From IMG/VR virus record IMGVR_UViG_3300034091_000306: DNA of 64,000 nt. One strand, given 5' to 3'. The translations under genes and the position numbers were made by a program. How positions within the stretch are numbered: position 1 is the stretch's first letter; each line of letters begins with the position of its first letter. Below are positions 9,206 through 20,583 of the stretch, piece by piece. The notes under the pieces were generated by a model. The model was not told the origin of the DNA. It ran no database searches and saw only the letters and a program-made list of their open reading frames with translations. The DNA comes from an uncultured virus (IMG/VR IMGVR_UViG_3300034091_000306). Lineage: Duplodnaviria > Heunggongvirae > Uroviricota > Caudoviricetes.

Positions 9206-10363
9206 ATGAGTGGCGTGTGTCTTGTCATGATCGTGAAGAACGAAAAGCACTGCATCGAGCGGTGTCTGCGGTCCACCTTTCCCATCATCGATTCCTGGTC
9301 GATCGTCGACACCGGCAGTACCGATGGGACGCAGGATCTTATCAAGGAGATCATGAAAGGCATCCCCGGCACGCTCCACGAGCGTCCGTGGCGAAACTTC
9401 GCGTTCAACCGCACGGAATCCATCGAGCTCGCGAGGAAATTCGCGGAGACCTCGTATGGTCTCGTTATCGATGCCGACGACGTACTGGAGATTCCAGACG
9501 ACTACAAACTGCCTATTCTAACCGCAAATACATACCGGCTTCGAATCGAATACGGCGGAACCGTCTACTACAGACCGCATCTCTTCCAGCTTTCAAGGCC
9601 GTTCAAGTACGAAAGCATTCTGCACGAATACCTGATGTGCGAAGGGCTCGACATCAGCAATGATCCAATCCTCAAAGGGATTATCTATCGCTGCTTCGCC
9701 GAGGGAAGCCGGAGCACCGACCCGAACAAATTCCTGAAAGATGCCGACCTACTCCGTGAAGCACTGAGAAAGGAACCCGATAATCGTCGGTATATGTTCT
9801 ATCTCGCGCAATCTTTGAAAGACGCCGGGAAGATCGAGAAGGCAATCACCGCGTACGAGCGTCGTTCCAACGTCTCAGGCTGGGACGAAGAGACGTGGAT
9901 GTCGATGCAAGAGGCGGCAAGGTTGAAGGAGTGGATCAATCAACCTGAGCAGACCATCGTTCATAGCTATTTGAGAGCATACGAGTTTCGGCCTACAAGA
10001 GTCGAACCTCTCTACGAGCTTGCGCGCTATTACCGAACAAAGAAGAATCGCCCCACGATTGCGTATATATATGCCGCGGCCGGCTACAGAGCCGTTCGAC
10101 CAACCGACCAGCTCATGCTCGACGAGAGTATCTATCAATGGCGGATGAGTTATGAATTCGCGATTTCGAGTTGGTACGCCGGAAAGATCGAGGAGAGCCG
10201 AGAGGCGCATCTGCTGCTACTCAACAATGAATTTGTGCCTGTAGAAGAGCGCGTCCGACTCGTCGATAACATGAAGTTTTTCACTAACACGAAAGACGAC
10301 GCGGTGACCGACGAGGCACCCACAGTTGGGGGGGCGGTTGCGCTACCGGCGGCTCCGCGATGA
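9206..10363 (+). CDS. GT2 glycosyltransferase with C-terminal TPR-like helical repeats
   Basis: CLVMIVKNE, IVDTGSTDGT, WRNFAFNR, IDADD, LHE, then RYMFYLAQS and YLRAYEFRPTRVEPLY. Confidence 0.88.
   Translation: MSGVCLVMIVKNEKHCIERCLRSTFPIIDSWSIVDTGSTDGTQDLIKEIMKGIPGTLHERPWRNFAFNRTESIELARKFAETSYGLVIDADDVLEIPDDYKLPILTANTYRLRIEYGGTVYYRPHLFQLSRPFKYESILHEYLMCEGLDISNDPILKGIIYRCFAEGSRSTDPNKFLKDADLLREALRKEPDNRRYMFYLAQSLKDAGKIEKAITAYERRSNVSGWDEETWMSMQEAARLKEWINQPEQTIVHSYLRAYEFRPTRVEPLYELARYYRTKKNRPTIAYIYAAAGYRAVRPTDQLMLDESIYQWRMSYEFAISSWYAGKIEESREAHLLLLNNEFVPVEERVRLVDNMKFFTNTKDDAVTDEAPTVGGAVALPAAPR
10305..10334 (+). repeat. 27-bp dispersed repeat, copy 2 (inside the 3' end of the GT gene, read as TDEAPTVGG)
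   Basis: TGACCGACGAGGCACCCACAGTTGGGGGGG. Confidence 0.9.
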
Positions 10364-10554
10364 TGCTTCTCGCGGTCCTCTACTTCGTGGCCGGGCTCCT
10401 CGCCGGACTGTTCCTCACTTCGCTCGCCGCGATCTCGTGGGTCGTGCGTCGCCTGCGCCCGGCGCGCCTCAAAGGGACCCCGCTCGAGGAGGTCATCGCG
10501 GAGATGGGGACGATCGCGCAGCGGCTCGATTTCGCGGCAGGACGCCGCCGGTAG
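10360..10554 (+). CDS. small membrane protein
   Basis: N-terminal hydrophobic helix followed by RRLRP; ATGA overlap. Confidence 0.6.
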   Translation: MMLLAVLYFVAGLLAGLFLTSLAAISWVVRRLRPARLKGTPLEEVIAEMGTIAQRLDFAAGRRR

Positions 10555-10555
10555 A

Positions 10556-10581
10556 CCCCCCATCTGTGGGTGCCTCGTCGG
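10556..10581 (-). repeat. 27-bp dispersed repeat, copy 3
   Basis: Reverse complement CCGACGAGGCACCCACAGATGGGGGG, right after the stop at 10554. Confidence 0.88.
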
Positions 10582-10632
10582 GCACTTGGATGTCGGGAGG
10601 ACAGCCGTTCAGCGTCCTGGTAGACTAGGCGG

Positions 10633-12546
10633 ATGCGATCGTACGTGCAGAGACAGCTGGGGTTGGGCGCTGCGCCGCCCAGCGCAAATTCCACTCTTTC
10701 TGAGGGGCAGATTCTGTTCTCCGGACAGAGTCTGTGTTCTCCATCAGGGCACTTCACGCTCGTGATGCAGACGGACGCAAATCTTGTCCTCTACGATGTG
10801 AATGGGAAGGCAATCTGGGCGACTGGTACGAATACTGGCGACATCGCATACGCCATTCTTCAAACAGATCTAAATTTCGTTGTCTACGCGACGGGGACTC
10901 ATCGATGGGCCTCGAAGGATCACGGCGGCATTATAGAGAACGGTGTAATCGGTGCGTATGTAACGCTGCAAGATGACGGTAATCTAGTCGAGTACATTCC
11001 TCCCCAATACGGTATCCCTTCCCAAAGCGCTGTATGGTCTACGAATACACAAGGATCGGCCGGAGCGCAGATTGTAACGCATACGACGCCTGCGATTTCG
11101 CCTGCGATGCTTCGTGCGCGTCTTATAGAGGCTCAGCGAATTATCGCTCAAACCTCTTCGTGTACATCCGCGGCCTTGTCTACGTATTCTCAGACTACTG
11201 ATGACAGCACTTATGTCACTCAGGTCGCTGGATGCGCACAATCTATTGCGGCCAATAGTTCCGGAACACTTTCGCAAACAGCTTCTCAGATTGAAACAAT
11301 CATCGATCTTATGCTTACAGGCGTAATTGATTTCTATCTGACTACTGCTATATGCTATACGTTGGGTATCGGAGTCGCCACTATTGGCGGTGCCGCTATT
11401 GGGTCGGCTGTGGGACTTGGTGTAGGCGCTATCGTAGGAGCGATTATTGGCGCTATTGTTGGCGGTATAAATTCTCTTTTGAATCCGCCACCAACTTGTA
11501 ATATCACACTGAATGATCTTTCGCTGCGCGGCAATCCTATCTCGACGTGTGCTGAGTACATCTCGAATTTGACCGCGGCGGCGGCCTGGATTCAAGCAAA
11601 TCCTGGTCAGTTGGCTGGCATGACGGCTGTATGTCTAGCGAAGAATTTCAATATCGCTGTAGCAAATGTCATGTGGGAGGCGGCGAATAGTAGCAACTTC
11701 GGTCTGTCGTACACTCTATCGACAGCGGGCGCCGATGGAAGTCTATTCAATATGCCTGGCGCATTCGAATTACTGAATCGCGCACAGCTTGGGCATGCGG
11801 TAGGTGTAGTAAGCGCACTAGCTACTCAGCTTTCGTTCTTCCAAACGGTTGTAAATCCTATAACGACTACGCATGACGGGCTCTATCAGGACACCAACAC
11901 TTGGGCCCCTATCACGCCGGTCAACGGACAAAATATATTTCCGGGATTCCCGGGTACCGGTGTTGCCGGAGGAGGTCTCGTATACAGCGCTCCGCAAAAT
12001 CTATTTACAAATGACATCATCTGGTCTTCTTGTGCAAGCGGTAAGCAATCAAACATGCCGCAAGGCATCTACATGCTTCAAGCCATGTATCCGATGCTTA
12101 CGAGAGCGCAGTGCGAGCTAGTCTTCGCTACAGCTGAGCCGGTTTATCAACAGAATCTGCAGGATGCGCAGAATTGGGCTAATCAACAGTGCCCGATTCC
12201 TACTGTGTCGCAGTTGCGTTCGGCGTCGTCCTTCAATCTAACAGCCGCAGATGCTGCCGCGGTCATTGCGGCATGGAATCCGGTAACAACTAATTTGACG
12301 GGACAAAAAGTGAACAACTGTCCTGCGGGCGGTGCTGGAGGAGGTGGAGGACCAGGCACAGGCACAACAAGCACCGCCGTCACTGTCGTAAAGGGCGCCT
12401 CCGTCGTCGGCGGTCTAGGTCTAATCAGTCTCGCTCTCTTCGCGGCGCACAGCGGCGTCAGCGTCCCCGTCGCCGCCAAGACGCTCTTCAGCAAGGCAAA
12501 GAATCTGTTACCCAAGCGTGTAACGAGAACGACGAGGCGCCGATGA
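10633..12546 (+). CDS. bulb-type (B/GNA) lectin domain protein with glycine-zipper segment and C-terminal TM anchor
   Basis: Three QxDxNxVxY motifs (QTDANLVLY, QTDLNFVVY, QDDGNLVEY); GAAIGSAVGLGVGAIVGAIIG; C-terminal hydrophobic helix and RRR tail. Confidence 0.82.
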   Translation: MRSYVQRQLGLGAAPPSANSTLSEGQILFSGQSLCSPSGHFTLVMQTDANLVLYDVNGKAIWATGTNTGDIAYAILQTDLNFVVYATGTHRWASKDHGGIIENGVIGAYVTLQDDGNLVEYIPPQYGIPSQSAVWSTNTQGSAGAQIVTHTTPAISPAMLRARLIEAQRIIAQTSSCTSAALSTYSQTTDDSTYVTQVAGCAQSIAANSSGTLSQTASQIETIIDLMLTGVIDFYLTTAICYTLGIGVATIGGAAIGSAVGLGVGAIVGAIIGAIVGGINSLLNPPPTCNITLNDLSLRGNPISTCAEYISNLTAAAAWIQANPGQLAGMTAVCLAKNFNIAVANVMWEAANSSNFGLSYTLSTAGADGSLFNMPGAFELLNRAQLGHAVGVVSALATQLSFFQTVVNPITTTHDGLYQDTNTWAPITPVNGQNIFPGFPGTGVAGGGLVYSAPQNLFTNDIIWSSCASGKQSNMPQGIYMLQAMYPMLTRAQCELVFATAEPVYQQNLQDAQNWANQQCPIPTVSQLRSASSFNLTAADAAAVIAAWNPVTTNLTGQKVNNCPAGGAGGGGGPGTGTTSTAVTVVKGASVVGGLGLISLALFAAHSGVSVPVAAKTLFSKAKNLLPKRVTRTTRRR

Positions 12547-12887
12547 TGCTTCAATACAATCCCAATCCGCTCTCGCCATCGACCATGCGATACATTGGCA
12601 TCGGCGTCACTCTCGCAGCCGGGTTGCTCGCGATCTATCTCGGTCTGAAATCTAGTTCTAGTTCGAACAGTGCTGTCATTCAGCCGGGCACCCAAACAAT
12701 CACGATTCCAGCGACAGGCGGTTTCACCCTCTTCTTGCCGCCCGGCGGCGTTTGGGCGAACGGTACGTCCATTCCGTTTGTTCTCACAAGCACGAGCTTC
12801 GCGGCCGGTACCGGAACACTGCAGCTTGGATGGACCCTGAACGGAAAAGCGCAGACGACGAATCTAACCATCACTGCCGTGGCCTAA
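12543..12887 (+). CDS. small membrane protein (N-terminal YNPNP, TM helix, beta-rich domain)
   Basis: YIGIGVTLAAGLLAIYLGL hydrophobic helix; coupled to neighbouring genes. Confidence 0.6.
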   Translation: MMLQYNPNPLSPSTMRYIGIGVTLAAGLLAIYLGLKSSSSSNSAVIQPGTQTITIPATGGFTLFLPPGGVWANGTSIPFVLTSTSFAAGTGTLQLGWTLNGKAQTTNLTITAVA

Positions 12888-12888
12888 T

Positions 12889-13713
12889 ATGGACCGCTTC
12901 GAACGCTATATGCATCAGGCCAATACGGCGCCGGTTCTATCGAGAGATGAAGAACTGCACCTCATCGAGAAGGCCCAGCAAGGCGACAAAAAATCTTGTA
13001 ATAGGCTAATGGCATCTAATCTTCGCTACGTGCTTCAACTTGCCTTCATGCATCGCGGCTACGGAATCTCCGTTGAAGATCTCGTAGGTGAAGGCAACAT
13101 CGGACTGCTCGAAGCCTTGAAGAAATTCGATCTGACGCGGAAGCTTCGTTTCATCTCCTACGCCTCGCACTGGGTTCGGGCGCGCATCGGCGAGTACGTG
13201 CGCGTGAAGAAAGACGGCTTCTTGGGCGGAATGGGCACCGGAAAAGTGCGCTACCAAGCGTTTTACAAGTTTGAATCGAGACGCGCGAAATTGGAATCGG
13301 AAGGCGTTCCAAGAGATGAGATCATGGCAACGCTGGCAACCGAATTCGGAACGACCGAGGAGCGCTTAGCAACCAGCGTACAGCGTCATGCTGTAAGTGT
13401 CGTTTCGCTCGAAGATGTTCGCCGTGAAGGCGAGATACCGCTGTCGGAGAAGCTCTGCGGCAATGATGCGAACGCAGAAGAGCAGCTCGTCGCCTTCGAA
13501 TCCTCGACGAAGCTGAAGGCTCAGGTTTCAAAATCGCTTCGTAAGTTGGACGTACGAGAGCGAGAGATCGTTCGCACAAGGATCATGTCGGAGGAGAAAG
13601 CGACACTCGACGCGCTCGGGAGTGTCTTTCAGGTGTCGCGTGAGCGTGCGAGGCAGCTGGAAGCTCGAGCGCTCGACAAGTTGCGTGGTCTTCTTGCAGA
13701 ACATGCGGCATAG
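12889..13713 (+). CDS. sigma-70 family RNA polymerase sigma factor, RpoH/sigma32-like
   Basis: Region 1.2 LSRDEE, region 2 SNLRYV...DLVGEGNIGLLEA..KFD...RFISYASHWVRA, region 4 TLDALG..FQVSRERARQLE. Confidence 0.9.
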   Translation: MDRFERYMHQANTAPVLSRDEELHLIEKAQQGDKKSCNRLMASNLRYVLQLAFMHRGYGISVEDLVGEGNIGLLEALKKFDLTRKLRFISYASHWVRARIGEYVRVKKDGFLGGMGTGKVRYQAFYKFESRRAKLESEGVPRDEIMATLATEFGTTEERLATSVQRHAVSVVSLEDVRREGEIPLSEKLCGNDANAEEQLVAFESSTKLKAQVSKSLRKLDVREREIVRTRIMSEEKATLDALGSVFQVSRERARQLEARALDKLRGLLAEHAA

Positions 13714-13721
13714 AGAGCGCC

Positions 13722-14624
13722 ATGACTAACAGGTACGCTGACAAGGCCTCCATCTACGTAGCTGCGTATACGAAAGTGTTTGGCGGCGCTCCGTCGAAGC
13801 ACGATGTCCTCTTCGGGCTAAGTGTTGCGCAGCATGAGACAGAATGCGGCGATGCTCTCGGAGGCAACTGGGGCGGCACTACGGCGAAGCAGGTCAATGC
13901 GGTCGATCGGACGACGTTGGCGAACGCTGGGTTGAGTGCTGTTGATCCAGACGATTTGACGAAGGCTCAGGCATTGCTCGGCGATCAGCCTGGACTGATC
14001 TTGTGGCGAGACTACTCCGCGCAAAGCGGGTGGTACTTCATTTGGTTCTATAAGCCGGATTCGCCAGTCGACGGTGCTGTCTACTTCGTTCGCGTGCTTG
14101 TTTCACAGCGTCCTGCATGCAAAGCGATCATGGATGATCCTTCCGGCACACTAGATGGCTTAGCGAGAGCTATGTACGCATCAGCGTATTATCTTGGGGA
14201 ATTCAACCCTCATCTAATGGTGACCTACAACGGCAAGCAGATGAGCGGTGACGAGGCGAACATCGAAGCCTATCGTGATGCACTCGCATCGATCGAAGAG
14301 GTGATCGCAGAAAGCCTCGCGGGATGGACACCAAGCGCGCTTCCCCCGACGAATTCGCTACTGCCTCCATTCGATCTCTACGACATCGCGGGCTATCAGG
14401 CTGCGCTCACGTTTCTCGCATCGAAACTGGGACATCCTGAGTTCGATCCGAATGGGATCGACGGGATCGTCGGGCCCAACACGAAGGCCGCGGTGAGCGC
14501 GTTTCAGAACTACGCGCAGCTCGGTGTAGACGGCGACGTCGGCGAAGAGACGCGAAGCGCGCTTCTTCAGGCCATCGAGTACGGCTCGCCATCAACGGAG
14601 CCTGCCCCTCCCGCTTCGTCGTAG
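13722..14624 (+). CDS. putative peptidoglycan hydrolase with C-terminal PG-binding domain
   Basis: C-terminal IDGIVGPNTKAAVSAFQ...LGVDGDVGEET (PG_binding_1-like); N-terminal AQHET...NWGG lysozyme-like segment. Confidence 0.7.
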   Translation: MTNRYADKASIYVAAYTKVFGGAPSKHDVLFGLSVAQHETECGDALGGNWGGTTAKQVNAVDRTTLANAGLSAVDPDDLTKAQALLGDQPGLILWRDYSAQSGWYFIWFYKPDSPVDGAVYFVRVLVSQRPACKAIMDDPSGTLDGLARAMYASAYYLGEFNPHLMVTYNGKQMSGDEANIEAYRDALASIEEVIAESLAGWTPSALPPTNSLLPPFDLYDIAGYQAALTFLASKLGHPEFDPNGIDGIVGPNTKAAVSAFQNYAQLGVDGDVGEETRSALLQAIEYGSPSTEPAPPASS

Positions 14625-14683
14625 TGCAGAAGCAAAGCTGTAGTGCAGAAGCCGCAGTCGTTTTTGCAAGGCACTTCGGGTAG

Positions 14684-17197
<2,514 letters not shown>

Positions 17198-17216
17198 AAA
17201 GCTAGGGAGAGAAAAC

Positions 17217-17576
17217 ATGCGCTACATCGTCATTCTCGAGAGCATCAAGATCAAAGAGCAGTCAGACCCTATTACGTTCAACACAATGATCGAGAACTGG
17301 ACGAACGATAACAAGTTCGGTGCACTCGGCCTCGCCGGCACCAAGATGAGCATCGCCATTCATTCGCGTTTCGCGAAAGCGAAGGTCGGCGATGAAGTTC
17401 CGCTCGAAGACCGAGAGTGGACGCAGCTCTGCGACGTCGTGAACAATCCGACGGGCGGTTACGTCACGAGCGTTGCAAGACAGCTCATTCCGTTTTGCGA
17501 TGCGGTGATCGAAGCCCCGACGACGGCGAGGAAGACGGCGAACGGTTCAAGTGTAAGCGAGGAGAAGCGTCCATGA
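17217..17576 (+). CDS. hypothetical protein (possible fibre chaperone)
   Basis: GGGAGAG RBS; directly follows the fibre gene. Confidence 0.55.
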   Translation: MRYIVILESIKIKEQSDPITFNTMIENWTNDNKFGALGLAGTKMSIAIHSRFAKAKVGDEVPLEDREWTQLCDVVNNPTGGYVTSVARQLIPFCDAVIEAPTTARKTANGSSVSEEKRP

Positions 17577-17983
17577 AACTGATCACATTGACTCTGGCCT
17601 GCGTTCTCGCTGTTGGCGGCTGTCACCTGACGCCGGCCCAGCAAGCCGAAGAGACACAGATCGAGAACACCATTCTCGCTGATCTCGCCGCCGGGAAGAC
17701 GCTTCAACAGATCGAGGCTGACGTAGGAAAGATCGTCGCGGGACAGCCGGGCGTCGATGTCGTCGTCATCGTGAATGACGCTCTGCAGCTGCTCATCGAT
17801 CTCGGTGTCATCCCAACAAACGAGCTCCCACAAGCGAAGTCGATGATCGCGGTGCTCCATACGTCGATCCTGTCGCGAGGCGTTGACTCGGGTATCACCG
17901 CTCCAACGACTCACGCACCTGCGGTTGCTGTTGTGACAGATGCAGGCGCTTCTGCGGATGCTGCCGCTGCGCCAAAACACTGA
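17573..17983 (+). CDS. putative lipoprotein
   Basis: MKLITLTLACVLAVGGC signal peptide ending in Cys; ATGA overlap. Confidence 0.65.
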   Translation: MKLITLTLACVLAVGGCHLTPAQQAEETQIENTILADLAAGKTLQQIEADVGKIVAGQPGVDVVVIVNDALQLLIDLGVIPTNELPQAKSMIAVLHTSILSRGVDSGITAPTTHAPAVAVVTDAGASADAAAAPKH

Positions 17984-18008
17984 CCGACGGGGCGCCCACA
18001 GTGGTGGG
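17981..18008 (+). repeat. 27-bp dispersed repeat, copy 4 (its TGA is the lipoprotein stop codon)
   Basis: TGACCGACGGGGCGCCCACAGTGGTGGG. Confidence 0.82.
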
Positions 18009-18273
18009 TTCATACGGTTCATACAACGGTGACACGTTCGTTGAGGCGCTTCGGGACGCCTTGGCCGCGCGCGAGATGAAGCTTGTCTCCGCGACGCTGG
18101 GGCGCGCCGACGGCTTCGCCTCGTGGATCTTCAGCGTGCATCTGCCGAACGGCCAAGTCACGACCCTTCACGCGCCCGTGAAGGACGGGTGCGATCCCCA
18201 CGATGTCGAGCTTGCAGAGCCGATCGCCGAGCGCGCCGCGGCGTGGTGGCATCTACGTCGGAACAAGACGTAG
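18001..18273 (+). CDS. hypothetical protein
   Basis: 90-aa ORF; start uncertain because it lies within the repeat. Confidence 0.45.
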   Translation: MVGSYGSYNGDTFVEALRDALAAREMKLVSATLGRADGFASWIFSVHLPNGQVTTLHAPVKDGCDPHDVELAEPIAERAAAWWHLRRNKT

Positions 18274-18462
18274 ATGCTTGGGTTCGACGGTTGAAATAGT
18301 TTCCCATCCGCACGCCGGGTCGTAGCACGTGAGTCTCTTTCCGCTGAGGGACGCACTTTCGATGAGGTGTTGGCCGCATTCGGGACAGTTTCCCGTCGCA
18401 ACAGCGTGATCCAGCTTCCGGCGCCAGTCCGCACGTGAGTCTCGCATGGCGTAGGCCTCCAT
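18253..18462 (-). CDS. small zinc-ribbon protein
   Basis: CPECG...CYDPAC. Confidence 0.5.
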   Translation of the reverse strand: MEAYAMRDSRADWRRKLDHAVATGNCPECGQHLIESASLSGKRLTCYDPACGWETISTVEPKHLRLVPT

Positions 18463-18510
18463 GACGTTCAAGTAGAGACCCTTCGAGGGACTTGCGCTAG
18501 CCTGAGAAGC

Positions 18511-18825
18511 ATGAAGCTCACCTACGCGCAGAAACAGCGTCTCCCCAACTCTGCCTTCGCCATCCCTGAGCTTCGGTGGGGCCCGTTGGTTGATCGGTCG
18601 CATGTAGCGAATGCTGCGTCGCGTCTCGAGGCCGAGCATCATGCCGGGAGGATGACGGGGAGACACTACGCCATCGGCAAGAGGCGCATCGCGCGCGCTG
18701 CGCGGCACTACGGCATCCACAGCATGTACCTACACGAATCATATGAGGCGAATCCGCGTTCGTGGAAAGATCCTGCGGTCCTTGGCGCCGCGGCGGCTGG
18801 CGCTGTCGCGATGATCCTTCTCTAA
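18511..18825 (+). CDS. DUF6582-like protein with C-terminal hydrophobic anchor
   Basis: LTYAQKQRLPNSAFAIP...PLVDRSHVANAASRL...RIARAARHYGI, then YEANP and AVLGAAAAGAVAMILL. Confidence 0.6.
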   Translation: MKLTYAQKQRLPNSAFAIPELRWGPLVDRSHVANAASRLEAEHHAGRMTGRHYAIGKRRIARAARHYGIHSMYLHESYEANPRSWKDPAVLGAAAAGAVAMILL

Positions 18826-19748
18826 GTACGGGCTCGAGATCGTAGGCGTTTCGGTCTGAGTAGTGCGAGTCCACCCAAAAATCCTCCAACTGTCGCCGCG
18901 AGCGCGATGCCTCCGGCGATAACGACAGGGATGCTCGGCCGCTCCGGCTCCTCAGGCTCGTAGGATACGAGCGTTGGACAGTTAGGTCCCACGCACGGAA
19001 TCGAGTGCCCCAAAAAAGGGCTGACCGGCACTCCAGGCTGCCGGAGGATTTTCAACGGACCTTCAGCACTCACAAGCGCCGAAAGCGTTGGATCCTGAAA
19101 GATGTCATTGATGTCGCGGCTTACGCCGTCGACGAAGCACGTGCGGGCGACGAGCACGCAGTTCTGGCTGTAGTCGACTTCTTGATCGGCGTGAGCAAAT
19201 CCTGGATTTTGGATGACATGCACGCCTGGAATGGTAACGGACATCGGCCATACGGTTCCCTGAAATGCGGTCCCATTGTAATGCCAGCCGTAGTTGCAGG
19301 CTTTATTGACATGAGTAAGAAGACCGTTCGTGAGAACCCATGACTTACCGACCGTCTGAATGATGCCTTGCGGACTTCCGGCCGCAGCGATCTGCGAATC
19401 GATCCACTGACTCTGCGCGATCATCGCTGCTGTGCCGACCATAGCACTGGTCGCCGGCTGTGTATGCGGTTGAAGCGTGACGACACGCTGAGCGTAGAGG
19501 AGATCGGCAATCTTGGTCGTGAGGAGCGTAGCTCCGAGCATGTCCGCAACCGTCTGTTCGAGGTAAGCGCTCATCGTGATGCGAACGCCCTCGATCATGA
19601 GCGCGTCCGCGAACACGCGGAACGTGCCGGTGTGCGCACCGACGGTGCTTGTCACCTCCGCCCACGAGACGGCGTAGTCCCCGTCCTTGATGTAGGCAAG
19701 GATTGCAGCGTCACGTGCAGGCCCCGGTTGCGGCGGCAGGTCGAGCAT
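18822..19748 (-). CDS. hypothetical protein with C-terminal TM anchor and basic tail
   Basis: 308 aa; GKSWVL, NYGWH and VDYSQ motifs; VVIAGGIALAATVGGFLGGLALL-RPKRLR. Confidence 0.7.
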   Translation of the reverse strand: MLDLPPQPGPARDAAILAYIKDGDYAVSWAEVTSTVGAHTGTFRVFADALMIEGVRITMSAYLEQTVADMLGATLLTTKIADLLYAQRVVTLQPHTQPATSAMVGTAAMIAQSQWIDSQIAAAGSPQGIIQTVGKSWVLTNGLLTHVNKACNYGWHYNGTAFQGTVWPMSVTIPGVHVIQNPGFAHADQEVDYSQNCVLVARTCFVDGVSRDINDIFQDPTLSALVSAEGPLKILRQPGVPVSPFLGHSIPCVGPNCPTLVSYEPEEPERPSIPVVIAGGIALAATVGGFLGGLALLRPKRLRSRART

Positions 19749-19769
19749 TAGAAGGAGTGTAGCACCACT

Positions 19770-20084
19770 TCACACGCGAATCATCGCATCCGCATGACGC
19801 AGACACGTCGGCGCATCCACACCTTCCTTCGTATGGATGCGAATCGGACATCCCCAAAGACGACACTTCCACTCGACGGCGTGCTCCTCTGCGTGCTCGG
19901 CGTAGACGATGAGCTTCTGCGCGATCTCGCGCGCCTGCGCGGCCGTCAACGCGGCCATCGGAACATCAATCGTCGGTTTTCCGGCGCCGTCGCTATAGCC
20001 CATAGGTACGAACTTCTTGAAATGAACCCAGACCTCTTTGAGGATACCTTCCACATCAAGAGGGTTTTCATCGGAGGTTGTCAT
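19770..20084 (-). CDS. hypothetical protein
   Basis: 104-aa ORF in a minus-strand block. Confidence 0.5.
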   Translation of the reverse strand: MTTSDENPLDVEGILKEVWVHFKKFVPMGYSDGAGKPTIDVPMAALTAAQAREIAQKLIVYAEHAEEHAVEWKCRLWGCPIRIHTKEGVDAPTCLRHADAMIRV

Positions 20085-20117
20085 GGACGCATCTCTTCCG
20101 TTCGTTACGGCTCATGA

Positions 20118-20516
20118 TCATTCCACATGCTTTGCGAGCAGAAACTCTTTGACCTTGATCCCAAGAAACGCTTTGAACTTCGGCACCGTGGTCACGACCG
20201 TCTTCCACATCATCTCAGCGGTGCGCGAATCGGGATTGTAGTTGTGTTTCAGCGCCCACTTCTCGAATGACCCTGCGGTACCTTCGAGTCCTCGCGCTTC
20301 CTGACATAGATTCCAGATGACATCGGCGACTTGCGGCCCGAGACCGTTCATCGTGAAGAAGGGCGTCGCGTAGCGGCGCTTGTTGTAGAGGAGCGTCACC
20401 GTCCACGTGGTCATGCCTGGAGGCGGTTGCAACGCCGTATCGGGTTTCTCGCTCCCCGGGGAGATAGCGATCGAAATGTGTTCGCGGCGGATCAGGCGTT
20501 CGAGCTCGGTCGTCAT
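20118..20516 (-). CDS. hypothetical phage protein
   Basis: 132-aa ORF with phage-like WTVTL...FF-x2-G...P...DV...F..W...Y..DSR pattern. Confidence 0.6.
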   Translation of the reverse strand: MTTELERLIRREHISIAISPGSEKPDTALQPPPGMTTWTVTLLYNKRRYATPFFTMNGLGPQVADVIWNLCQEARGLEGTAGSFEKWALKHNYNPDSRTAEMMWKTVVTTVPKFKAFLGIKVKEFLLAKHVE

Positions 20517-20518
20517 CC

Positions 20519-20537
20519 TGCACTACGGCGTATAGCA
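20519..20537 (-). promoter_or_regulatory. 19-bp near-palindromic operator/promoter motif
   Basis: Reverse complement TGCTATACGCCGTAGTGCA, 2 nt before the ATG at 20516. Confidence 0.7.
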
Positions 20538-20583
20538 GAATGGTCCCGCGGTCAACGACGACGCAGAAACCCCGCGAAATCGT

